Virus record (IMG/VR): IMGVR_UViG_3300043414_000911
Location: 1-47,552 of that record
DNA from: a virus
Taxonomy: Duplodnaviria > Caudoviricetes
Direction: 5' to 3' (one strand)
DNA length: 47,552 nt
Below, in pieces: positions 24,582 to 33,196 of the stretch. Each line of letters opens with the position of its first letter. Positions within the stretch are counted from its first letter, which is position 1. The notes beneath the pieces were generated by a model. That model was not told the origin of the DNA, searched no databases, and worked only from the letters and a program-made list of their open reading frames with translations. A program made the translations under genes and the position numbers.

Positions 24582-26642
24582 TTATAATAGGTAGTTACTG
24601 ATGCCGTAGCGATCAACTGTGTCGCCTCTGCATAAATCACCGTTACCGTTATAGCCAACGCTATAGATCTTCCCGTCGGATGTCAGGACTTCAAGGTGAG
24701 CATATTGTGAGTAGCCCTGCCATCTAAGATCTACAACATCGGCTCTAGTCATCTTGTATTTACCCCAATCTGGGTTAGACGCAACACTTGCCCCAGTCTG
24801 TCGCCCAAGTCTGCAATACCCTTCGTAACCCGCGGTATAAATAGAACCGTCACTCAGTAAGAGTGCAGTTGATTGAAAATTCCATTGGCTACATGCAATT
24901 TTAACTACTGTTCTCCCCGCATATTGCGTAAATGTATTTGTTGGTGTTAACCCATCGACTGTTCCCCCGTTACCCAATTGTCCGTAACCATTATAACCCC
25001 ACACCCTTATCGTTCCGTCGTTCATTATCGTAGCAAAATTTCCGTAGTAGCCACCAACTCCGGTAACAGTATTAACTCCCGAAGCTATAACTAGCCCCGC
25101 ATAACCAGCACCTGTGCTAGCGCGACTACCCGTTCCCAATTGACCATGCGCATTGTAGCCAGCCGTCCATAACCCCCCAGTAGTGGTGCTAACGGCAATA
25201 CTTGGGTAATCGCCACTTATATGTATATTTTTTGCGTTCTGAACGGGTACTCCAGCAGCGCTCTTCCAGTAACCGAGGCTAGAGTTTGTTGTAACTGTCC
25301 CGTTAGCCAAAGCCCCATGCCCGTTGTACCCAGCTACTAAAACTTGGTTGTTAACATTCGAGACAATCATCGCACAGATAGTTGTGTTACTTGTAACATT
25401 TGGGCCAATAGCCACATCTGATATGATATAGGAGGTACCGGTTCCGGGGACTAAAACGGGTACATTTTGCTGAGTAACATTTCCAATTCCAAGTTGTCCG
25501 TAACCATTATAACCCCATGCGTACACAGAGCCATCCGCAGCCAACGCCATAACAGAATGTGTTTCTGTGGTAGAACCGGAGTGGGTTGCTATCTTAACAA
25601 TTGGTTTATTAGAAAAATAGGTTTGGGGGATTTGCTGAAAGACAAAAGAATTGCCTGTGTAATTGAAACCTAATTGTCCATAGCCACCGTAGCCAGTACT
25701 CCACACGCTCCCAAACTCGTCTATAAGCCAAGAAGTTCCACCAGAGGTATACCATTTTACCGGCATTGGGGGATTATTTGAATCCGTATATAAAAATACT
25801 TCTTGGGGGAGAGAGGCTATCCCATTCCATTGTGATATCCCAAGTTGACCGTAAAGGTTATAGCCGAAACTCTTCAACTTACGATCTGACGTCATAATCA
25901 AAGAGCCATGTTGTGTTCCAGCTACTCTCGTCATCGAGTCAGTTGTAGTGGCTAGACCATTAGGAATAGCATAAGCTACGGCTCTGGCTGTCGTACCAGA
26001 GACTGGAGCTCCGATGGTGACAACTGGATCCGATAGGTAACCAGAACCACTACTGGTGAGAACAATTGAAGTAACCGCCGTACCCGAGACAATGGCTGTC
26101 GCAGTTGCTGTTAGTCCTCCGGCTGTCGCCGGAGCAGAAATCGTTACCGTTGGTGGGGTTGATGGGAGGTACCCGGAACCACCGTTGAACACCACAACAT
26201 TCTTTACAAAACCATCCGTAAGCACTCGCCCACCGACCCGAGACGATGCGGAATTAAGTATAGCGTTTCTGTCAGCAACGTTAAATTTAGAGATATACAA
26301 AGAACTGTCGGCAAGCTTCTCGGTTGTAATAGCTTGGTCAGCAATCTTAGGGGTCGTTACCCCAAGGTTATTAATCTTGTCCGTGGTAACCGCCGAATCT
26401 TGGATATGATTGGACGTTACGGCACGATTCGCATTATTAGAAATATCATTCTGTAACTTATCAGCGGTTACCGCGTCATCAACCAGTTTGACTGTGGAGA
26501 TGGTATTATTAGCAGGTAAAAAAAGTCCGGAAGACTGAGCAGTAGCAAAAGTAAGTCTTTTAGTGACAGCCCCTTGTACGATTGGAAACTCGTCGGTAGT
26601 CTGAGCCGAGGCTGCAGAAGGTAGGGCTGAAATCCTAGGCAT
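24582..26642 (-). CDS. tail fibre / receptor-binding protein with RCC1 beta-propeller
   Basis: 'AVTxDKI' fibre repeats, 'GGSGY...PTVTI.AP' repeats, then about seven 'WGYNGYGQLG.G' RCC1/BLIP-II repeats. Confidence 0.85.
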   Translation of the reverse strand: MPRISALPSAASAQTTDEFPIVQGAVTKRLTFATAQSSGLFLPANNTISTVKLVDDAVTADKLQNDISNNANRAVTSNHIQDSAVTTDKINNLGVTTPKIADQAITTEKLADSSLYISKFNVADRNAILNSASSRVGGRVLTDGFVKNVVVFNGGSGYLPSTPPTVTISAPATAGGLTATATAIVSGTAVTSIVLTSSGSGYLSDPVVTIGAPVSGTTARAVAYAIPNGLATTTDSMTRVAGTQHGSLIMTSDRKLKSFGYNLYGQLGISQWNGIASLPQEVFLYTDSNNPPMPVKWYTSGGTSWLIDEFGSVWSTGYGGYGQLGFNYTGNSFVFQQIPQTYFSNKPIVKIATHSGSTTETHSVMALAADGSVYAWGYNGYGQLGIGNVTQQNVPVLVPGTGTSYIISDVAIGPNVTSNTTICAMIVSNVNNQVLVAGYNGHGALANGTVTTNSSLGYWKSAAGVPVQNAKNIHISGDYPSIAVSTTTGGLWTAGYNAHGQLGTGSRASTGAGYAGLVIASGVNTVTGVGGYYGNFATIMNDGTIRVWGYNGYGQLGNGGTVDGLTPTNTFTQYAGRTVVKIACSQWNFQSTALLLSDGSIYTAGYEGYCRLGRQTGASVASNPDWGKYKMTRADVVDLRWQGYSQYAHLEVLTSDGKIYSVGYNGNGDLCRGDTVDRYGISNYLL

Positions 26643-26649
26643 TGAAATC

Positions 26650-26678
26650 TATATCCAAAAGAAGTTGCTTCAAGTCAA
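26650..26678 (-). promoter_or_regulatory. late promoter-like motif
   Basis: TTGACT-N17-GATATA-N7-ATG. Confidence 0.4.
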
Positions 26679-26818
26679 GACAATAAGGCTTTATCATCTT
26701 CTGTTAGAAGGGCGAAATTGTTTTCTGTCAAAATTGCTTCTGAGGTTAGGATGTCGCTGACACGATACCCAAGTGGGCAACAATCTAGCTCAAAACATGA
26801 GGAGTCATCTTCTGGCAT
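26675..26818 (-). CDS. 47-aa acidic peptide with 'LLTEDD..LL' motif (not in ORF track)
   Basis: MPEDDSSCFELDCCPLGYRVSDILTSEAILTENNFALLTEDDKALLS; TAATG overlap with the nozzle gene. Confidence 0.6.
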   Translation of the reverse strand: MPEDDSSCFELDCCPLGYRVSDILTSEAILTENNFALLTEDDKALLS

Positions 26819-29307
26819 TATAGGACCTCCAAAGTATCAGTTCCTTGGTACTGTTCCAAAATTCTTTGTCCTAGCATCAACACTCGATTGAGTTCGAAGT
26901 GGCCAGTAAACTCTAGCCTTAACTGAAAATCATTGCCAAACGTAAAGGGTCTAGAGATGATTGGGTCCGTAAGTTCTGGTGGAGTTGGCATTCGGATCTG
27001 AGGCCGATACTGAGGTTGCAAGTTTTTGGCTGTAAAATTACTCAAACAAGAAGAATCACCAGCTAATTTGACTGGCACAAAAGTCAACCCTAAACCAGGA
27101 CCGGAAGAGCCACCCGGAGAATAGGGGGCGTCCCACAATACGGTCATATTTTCCCATTGGTTCTGGGGAACTGTTGTATAGGCTTCCCAATTAAGTAACG
27201 CCCCAATACTAATATAAAAGCAGTAGTTAGGAAAATCACCAACACGAGACACATATCCAACTGTAAAACCCGCGGCTACAAGGGCGTTCTTGAGATCGTC
27301 GGACTGAGAAAGCGGATTATCAGAATACACATATTGGATTGGATCAGTAAAAACCCCGTCTTTACCGAGCTTATAAAAAAAAGAAGATGGGCTATCAGAA
27401 GAAAAACACAGTGTCGAAGTTTTGTCGTTATTGACCGTATACGTAATTCCTGGGGTGATGCAACTGTCCGAGGTAGCGCACCTAGAAAATGAATGCCAAG
27501 TTCTCCAACAAGGGTATTGATCTGGTCTCCAGTAGACATTAACATCTACGCGTCCAAGAATATCCGATAACCAAAAGTCGGCTCGAATCATTCTTTTTTG
27601 CTCGGACGGGGTCCCAAAGGAATACGCTCTTGTCTCCAAGATTGATTGAATTCTTTGAGAGCTTGTGCCCAAGGGATAATCAAACGCGGCGTCAGTAGTA
27701 ATGCTCCACAAAACATTCAATCTTTCATTTGTGAAATCGTAGGCAAAAGCAAAAGCTTGTGGACGACCGTTAACCAAACCAGAAATTAGTTGTAACACAT
27801 TAAGACCACCCCACATCCCATCGTAGCTAGCTGATTTTTTTGCACCAACAGTGGCCAAAGTAGTGAAATCTAAAGCAACAATTTTAGAAAATGTGACTGG
27901 TTGTTTTGTTGCGAACGTGGGGTTAAGCCCAGAATAATCAATACTTGGGGAAGCAGTAAATAAAAGGCGGTTGTCAAATGTAATTGCGCTGACTTCAGTT
28001 AAAAGATTTTTGCTATCATATTGTAAAACGGAATTCATTTCGGCGGAGATTGGTACTTGCCCATAGCTGTTGATTTCGGCTCTGGCGTTACGATAGGAAC
28101 GTAGACCGTCGAACGATCGAAAAAATACATCGCCGTTGTCCGTCGCTAAACTAGTTGGACCGGTAGCCCCAATTGATTGAAATACAACTCTCTGAAAAGC
28201 AGAAATTGTTTTCCATTGATCCCTAGGAGTAGATACTGCAAAAGATGCTGTACCTCGATCGCAGAATACTAAAAGATCACCTTGTCCGGTCGAAGTGTCT
28301 TGCACGGGCATAAAGATCATAGCGTTAATCCTGCCCATAAAAGAAGGAACTTGAAGCGCTCCTCCTTCTGCTAGATAGGTTGTCTCAGTAAAACGGAGAA
28401 GATCTGATTCAGCCCCAACATTTGCTTTGGCTACGTAACCACCAGTCCCAGTCGCAACTGCCCCAGTTAAATTGGCTAGGTTGATTACAAGGGTAGATCC
28501 AGTTGTCCCAGTTGCGCACGTCCAAGTCCCATTAGCTCCGTTGTTAACTGAATGGCCATAAATAGAAACAACATCTCCTGGTAAAAAATTATGAGCACTT
28601 GCTGTGGTGAAAGTGTAAGTAGGAGAATTTTGAGTTGTTGCTGTTCCAGAGGTTATTGCAACCTGCTCGGTGCTTCCACCATAAACAATATCACCAGCCG
28701 TAATCGCAGTTCTATCAGACGAGGCAACAAAAAGACGACCCTGTCCATAAGCCATAATGGTTCCTGGATCAATCGTATGGAGCTGTGCAACTGCTCCAGT
28801 AGAGTTTGTTGGCCCAACCCCAGAACGGTACAGGTTGTCACCGTCCCAAATTAGGGCCGCGTTTGCCCCATTCTGAATGATCATGTACTTTTCTGCCTGA
28901 ACAAAGTAACATTTTTCAAACGGATTCAAGGCAGCAGCTACTACGGGGTTTCCGGAACCATCTAGAGGGTACACTCGGTCAACTTGGTAATTGCCAAGAT
29001 TAATTTTAATAACGTTACCACCAAAGACTCCGATGATGCAGGAGTTGTAATTCTGACGACGCTCCAAATAAAAAGAGGAACCTTGAAAATATTGAGTTGT
29101 GAGAATATCTAGACCTGCGTTGGCTCCGCTAACTAAAGAGACCTGCCTAAAACCAGGACGACTCCTGGGGCGACCACCACGGAACGTAACGTTAACTGCT
29201 GTAGCCACAGCGTTGGGGCCGATCAAAGTAGGGGAAAGGCTTGAATCCATCCCACCCGAAAAATCCTGTTGACCTTCAAGAATTAGCGTAGAATCGGCTA
29301 TGGGCAT
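26818..29307 (-). CDS. tail nozzle / stabilization protein (tail tubular B-like)
   Basis: 'DFSGGMDS...AVNV.FRGG...RPGF' N-terminus, beta-propeller-like body, 'LETRAY.FG....K' and 'FQLRLE..G' C-terminus. Confidence 0.75.
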   Translation of the reverse strand: MPIADSTLILEGQQDFSGGMDSSLSPTLIGPNAVATAVNVTFRGGRPRSRPGFRQVSLVSGANAGLDILTTQYFQGSSFYLERRQNYNSCIIGVFGGNVIKINLGNYQVDRVYPLDGSGNPVVAAALNPFEKCYFVQAEKYMIIQNGANAALIWDGDNLYRSGVGPTNSTGAVAQLHTIDPGTIMAYGQGRLFVASSDRTAITAGDIVYGGSTEQVAITSGTATTQNSPTYTFTTASAHNFLPGDVVSIYGHSVNNGANGTWTCATGTTGSTLVINLANLTGAVATGTGGYVAKANVGAESDLLRFTETTYLAEGGALQVPSFMGRINAMIFMPVQDTSTGQGDLLVFCDRGTASFAVSTPRDQWKTISAFQRVVFQSIGATGPTSLATDNGDVFFRSFDGLRSYRNARAEINSYGQVPISAEMNSVLQYDSKNLLTEVSAITFDNRLLFTASPSIDYSGLNPTFATKQPVTFSKIVALDFTTLATVGAKKSASYDGMWGGLNVLQLISGLVNGRPQAFAFAYDFTNERLNVLWSITTDAAFDYPLGTSSQRIQSILETRAYSFGTPSEQKRMIRADFWLSDILGRVDVNVYWRPDQYPCWRTWHSFSRCATSDSCITPGITYTVNNDKTSTLCFSSDSPSSFFYKLGKDGVFTDPIQYVYSDNPLSQSDDLKNALVAAGFTVGYVSRVGDFPNYCFYISIGALLNWEAYTTVPQNQWENMTVLWDAPYSPGGSSGPGLGLTFVPVKLAGDSSCLSNFTAKNLQPQYRPQIRMPTPPELTDPIISRPFTFGNDFQLRLEFTGHFELNRVLMLGQRILEQYQGTDTLEVL

Positions 29308-29313
29308 ACGATA

Positions 29314-29342
29314 TATTTAACTGATTTGATCTTGCTGGGCAA
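29314..29342 (-). promoter_or_regulatory. late promoter-like motif
   Basis: TTGCCC-N17-TAAATA-N6-ATG. Confidence 0.5.
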
Positions 29343-29753
29343 CTAGTCTTTGATAACAGCCCAATTATCACGCCATTTCGAATTCGGTTCCAAATATATA
29401 GACTTGGTCTTGGGCATCTTAGCTCGAGGCATCACGAATAAAGCATCTTGCGTGATATGGTAGAAGATAAAGGTGTCGCAATCGTTCCTGCTGTAAATAC
29501 TCTTCTTTTTATTTATGTTCTTTGTGGACCCCCACCCGTATCCTGGCCCCTTAACTGCTAAGAACTTCAACTTTCTCCTGCGTTGGTCTTCGTTGCCAAT
29601 GGTTGACTTAACTTGGATACGGTAAAGTTTACCACACCAGTCTGATACTAAGTCATACCCAGAATCAAATACTGGGAGGCTAACTAGGAAACCGTGTTCC
29701 AATAACTTGGCAGAAACTCGTTGTACTCCAACGGCACCAATTCTTAAACTCAT
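29343..29753 (-). CDS. PD-(D/E)XK endonuclease (I-Ssp6803I / group I intron-associated type), free-standing
   Basis: 'G..G...V...LL..GF.VS.P..D..YDLV.D....L.RIQVKS' and 'Y....D.F..Y'. Confidence 0.8.
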   Translation of the reverse strand: MSLRIGAVGVQRVSAKLLEHGFLVSLPVFDSGYDLVSDWCGKLYRIQVKSTIGNEDQRRRKLKFLAVKGPGYGWGSTKNINKKKSIYSRNDCDTFIFYHITQDALFVMPRAKMPKTKSIYLEPNSKWRDNWAVIKD

Positions 29754-30307
29754 AACCAATCCTTTGCTAACAGGGAACCCAAGAGACGCCGGCGTCGAAA
29801 GACACCATCACCCTCTCTACTTCCACCGTTGTTTGTATTGCCTTCAATCGTTATGGCAAAATCGCCAGATACTCTTTCGATTAATCCCGTGTGCCCCACT
29901 CTTTTAAGGCTTTGAAAATAGATCCCGAAGGTATCTGCTTCGGAGGGTAGTCGACCACGCCCTCGGTCCCAGTTCGGGTTTTTGACGAAATCTGGAGACC
30001 ACGCACTTCTCGGGTAGGGATTACGATCTCGCCCGAGGGCAGAGTCGCCAACCCAGACGACGTAGGCTGCGCACCACGGGGCGCCCGACCCTTCGAGCCC
30101 GACGCTTTTGAGGATTTCTTCGACTTCTTCCCCGTCATTTCTTCCTGTTGCTTCTTTGATTCCAATTGTTGATTTCGCAAACGACATGATTTTTCCACGG
30201 CTATAACTTTGCGGGTCAGGACTTCCCATTCCAAGTCCTCTAAAGAGAAGCAACGTCGCAAGACCCAGAGCTGGAAAGATCGGAACATTTAGGAACCTCG
30301 GGTACAC
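29750..30307 (-). CDS. CHAP-domain endolysin with hydrophobic N-terminus
   Basis: 'PWCAAYV.W', 'GHTGLIE', 'TIEGNT' catalytic motifs. Confidence 0.9.
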   Translation of the reverse strand: MYPRFLNVPIFPALGLATLLLFRGLGMGSPDPQSYSRGKIMSFAKSTIGIKEATGRNDGEEVEEILKSVGLEGSGAPWCAAYVVWVGDSALGRDRNPYPRSAWSPDFVKNPNWDRGRGRLPSEADTFGIYFQSLKRVGHTGLIERVSGDFAITIEGNTNNGGSREGDGVFRRRRLLGSLLAKDWL

Positions 30308-30633
30308 AGCGCGAATGTAATCAAAAGACCGATGAAGAGATAGACCAGTAGCTTGGCTTTCGTCTCTGGGTGCAGGTCTCGGAAATCATCCGCAAACGCC
30401 TCGGTGTCCAAATATTTGTCAAAGGGTTGCCAATCAAAAGATATGACTAGCCACACCATGAATACCCCCAGCAAAAACTTAACTGACCCAAACACCAGCA
30501 AATGTAGCGCCCCAATGTCTATAACCCCCGCTGTGGGGTCAATATGCCGAAGGAGGGGTCCTAGCCCAAAGAACAGACCAAGAGCCCCCATAAGGGCTAT
30601 TAGACCCTGTACGTTGGTCTTAAGGAAGTTCAC
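30289..30633 (-). CDS. putative holin (three TM segments)
   Basis: Three hydrophobic stretches; immediately upstream of the endolysin; GTGA overlap. Confidence 0.6.
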   Translation of the reverse strand: MNFLKTNVQGLIALMGALGLFFGLGPLLRHIDPTAGVIDIGALHLLVFGSVKFLLGVFMVWLVISFDWQPFDKYLDTEAFADDFRDLHPETKAKLLVYLFIGLLITFALCTRGS

Positions 30634-31016
30634 CAAGGAATCCCTACAAACTTCCTAGCTACAAACATGATACCACCAAAAATAAAGCCTCGGAAGATCC
30701 ATAGCCCTAAAGCAATAAGGGCACCTCGGTATATCCACAGTTCCTTTAAGGCTTTTCTTTGTTTAGCTTTCCAATCGTTAGCTTCTTTAGTAATCCGTTC
30801 GTAGTCCCCAGCCTGAGCTTCGCAAGCCGCTTGAGCAGAAGAGAGTTGCGACTTGAGACCACTAAATTCTTTCTTGATAGCAGGAAGATCACCAGCATTC
30901 ACCGCCTGTTCTACGGCGTCAACTTTATGGGTAACGCCACCAAACTCTGGGGAGCTCTTTGGTCTGATGGTTGAACAACCAGCTAATAGTAATAAAAGGG
31001 GGATTAGTATTTTCAT
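30630..31016 (-). CDS. lipoprotein with coiled coil and C-terminal TM (unimolecular-spanin topology)
   Basis: MKILIPLLLLLAG-C lipobox; heptads; C-terminal hydrophobic segment. Confidence 0.65.
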   Translation of the reverse strand: MKILIPLLLLLAGCSTIRPKSSPEFGGVTHKVDAVEQAVNAGDLPAIKKEFSGLKSQLSSAQAACEAQAGDYERITKEANDWKAKQRKALKELWIYRGALIALGLWIFRGFIFGGIMFVARKFVGIPW

Positions 31017-31044
31017 GGGCTTAATATAGCTCCATGCGTAATAA

Positions 31045-31248
31045 TTACGAGCCAAAAATATGTTTCCTAATAACCGGTCCAAACCAAGATACGCAAGCAA
31101 TAAGAGCCCCTATGATGGCCGACTGTTTCCACCAAGCCTGCTCGACCTTACGGAGACGATCTTCGTGATCGCTAAGATGCCCTAGAGTAGCATCGAGTTT
31201 TGTTTCTATGCGAGTCAATCTCTCCGTATAATCGGCTTTTGTGGGCAT
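31045..31248 (-). CDS. XhlA-like small membrane lysis protein
   Basis: 'ERLTRIETKLD......HEDRLRKVE' coiled coil plus one C-terminal TM. Confidence 0.65.
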   Translation of the reverse strand: MPTKADYTERLTRIETKLDATLGHLSDHEDRLRKVEQAWWKQSAIIGALIACVSWFGPVIRKHIFGS

Positions 31249-31258
31249 AACCTTGTTC

Positions 31259-32998
31259 TTACACGTTGTAGAATGGGAGTTGGTAGGCAGTCCCTCCGAT
31301 ACGAATTCGAATATAACCTACTGGGTTAGCGGTTAGCGCAGTAGCGGCTCCATTCGCGCCGATAGTTGTTTGGGTTGCGAGGGTGGAAGCAAAGGCAATT
31401 TCTCCGTCAACCTGTGCTACGGCACCACTACCAAGCACAATACAATTGGACCGTGCTCCCGAATTGACATCCGCAGCGGCCCCAATAATAACATTGTTTG
31501 ACCCAGTAGTAACTGTGTCGCCGGATTGCGATCCCAAAACAGTATTATTTTCTCCGATTGTGTTAACGAATAGCGAATTAAATCCGCAAGCGGTGTTATT
31601 ACTAGAGGTGCTTGTGTACAGTGCACCTTGTCCTATAGCAGTATTATTAGCCCCATTTGTTGAAGTATACAAAGAACTATTTCCGGCAGCCGTATTATTT
31701 TGCCCACTTATGTTGGCCCGAAGAGAAAGAATACCAATCGCCGTATTGTTATTCCCGATTGTATTAGCACTGAGGCTGTTAACCCCACAAGCAGTATTTG
31801 AGACTCCAATTGTGTTAGCAGATAGGGCGTTTACTCCACAAGCGGTGTTATCTCTCCCACTTGTGTTTGCTATAAGCGAACTAAACCCAATGGCGGTGTT
31901 ATTGTCTCCGTTTAGATTGGCTTGAAGTGCAGTAGCCCCCAAAACAGTATTTCCAACACCAGTAGTGTTAGAACTTAAAGCTGAATTACCAATAGCAATA
32001 TTTGTGGCAATACTATTATTGCCCCTACTTAAAGGTACTCCGTTTATCTGGCCACAGGCGAACTCCCCAGAAGCTCCACGAAGAACAATCGTGCTCGGGG
32101 TGTTGACAGCAGTAGCGGTTGTGGCTGAATTCGAAACTTTGCCAGCGGTAGAAATTGTAGCTAGTTTTGTATCTGCAATCGCTGCGCTATTGTTAATATC
32201 AGCGTTGACAATCGAACCTGCGGTAATTGCCGAAGAAATCGAAATATCGGAGGACCCATTGAAAGAAGTAGCTGTCCCCGTTACATCTCCAGAAATTGCG
32301 ATTGTCCTAGCAGTTGTAAGAGTATTAGCGTTGTTGGCAGTAGTTGCTGTGCTGGCGTTACCGTTCAAAGAACCTGTGATAGTTCCGGTGACTCCAAGTG
32401 TTCCAGCAACAGTGGTGTTCCCAGAAGTAGCATCTACTGTGAACTTGTTGGTGTTTACCTTGAAATTGCTGGCGCTGTCAAAAGTACCAGCTACGGCCGT
32501 ATCACCCGAAGTGGCGTTCACAGTAAACTTAGTGCTGTTGACATCAAAATTCCCAACTACCGAGGCAGTCCCACCAACTACCAAAGTTGTAGGGTTGAGG
32601 GTCGCAACGGATAGTGTACCGGAAACGGCGAGATCGGAAGAAAAACCAGCGGTTCCAGAAACATTAAGGGTACCAGCCACAACCGTATTTCCGGTTATCG
32701 CAGCAACCGTAAACTTATTAACGTTGACCTTGAAATCTCCTGCTGTGTCAAAAGTGCCAGCCGCGGCGGTATTACCAGAAGAAGCAACTACGTTGAATTT
32801 ATTGGTATTGATCGCGAAGTTACCAGACGCGGCTAAAGTACCCGCTACAGACGCTCCGACCGTACTGACAGAAAGGGCAGACGATGTACCGTCGCCATCC
32901 TCGACTATAGTAGGGGTAGCAGATAAACCACCAACAGCAGCAGTCTTGAGTAGTTGCGGGTAAGTAGCGGCAATTGTCTGTCCGGTTAATGCTGCCAT
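31259..32998 (-). CDS. long fibre protein with beta-solenoid repeats
   Basis: 'MAALTGQTIAATYPQLLK' N-terminus; four 'FxVNxxKFxVxAxxGNTxxAGT' repeats; 'TARTI..SGDVTG....F.GS'; about 12 'NTAxGxxAL..NT.G' 14-residue repeats. Confidence 0.8.
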   Translation of the reverse strand: MAALTGQTIAATYPQLLKTAAVGGLSATPTIVEDGDGTSSALSVSTVGASVAGTLAASGNFAINTNKFNVVASSGNTAAAGTFDTAGDFKVNVNKFTVAAITGNTVVAGTLNVSGTAGFSSDLAVSGTLSVATLNPTTLVVGGTASVVGNFDVNSTKFTVNATSGDTAVAGTFDSASNFKVNTNKFTVDATSGNTTVAGTLGVTGTITGSLNGNASTATTANNANTLTTARTIAISGDVTGTATSFNGSSDISISSAITAGSIVNADINNSAAIADTKLATISTAGKVSNSATTATAVNTPSTIVLRGASGEFACGQINGVPLSRGNNSIATNIAIGNSALSSNTTGVGNTVLGATALQANLNGDNNTAIGFSSLIANTSGRDNTACGVNALSANTIGVSNTACGVNSLSANTIGNNNTAIGILSLRANISGQNNTAAGNSSLYTSTNGANNTAIGQGALYTSTSSNNTACGFNSLFVNTIGENNTVLGSQSGDTVTTGSNNVIIGAAADVNSGARSNCIVLGSGAVAQVDGEIAFASTLATQTTIGANGAATALTANPVGYIRIRIGGTAYQLPFYNV

Positions 32999-33025
32999 AT
33001 TGTTCCTATATCTATCCTCTACAAA

Positions 33026-33157
33026 TCAAACATTGTCAACTTCTGCAATCTTCACAAACCACTCGTCTTTTTCGTCTTGATATATAGTTATGAAGCCTTC
33101 GTCGCAGAGATAGGATATACAGGCTAAGAGGTCTTCTTCTGTCGGGGTTGGGTTCAT
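33026..33157 (-). CDS. 43-aa acidic hypothetical protein (not in ORF track)
   Basis: MNPTPTEEDLLACISYLCDEGFITIYQDEKDEWFVKIAEVDNV fills the intergenic gap. Confidence 0.6.
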   Translation of the reverse strand: MNPTPTEEDLLACISYLCDEGFITIYQDEKDEWFVKIAEVDNV

Positions 33158-33196
33158 TAATAAATCGCGTATTTAGATTGTTTGTGGTTCATGTGG

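Noticed and set aside
29343-29753. Group I intron around the endonuclease
   Set aside because: Flanking genes are uninterrupted and intergenic space is under 40 bp.
31037-31049. Palindrome CGTAATnATTACG upstream of the spanin-like gene
   Set aside because: Single short AT-rich instance overlapping a stop codon; not distinguishable from chance.
31383-32963. Long + strand ORFs (180 and 332 aa) opposite the fibre gene
   Set aside because: Antisense shadows of a Thr/Ala/Gly/Asn-rich repeat protein; no RBS and no family motifs.
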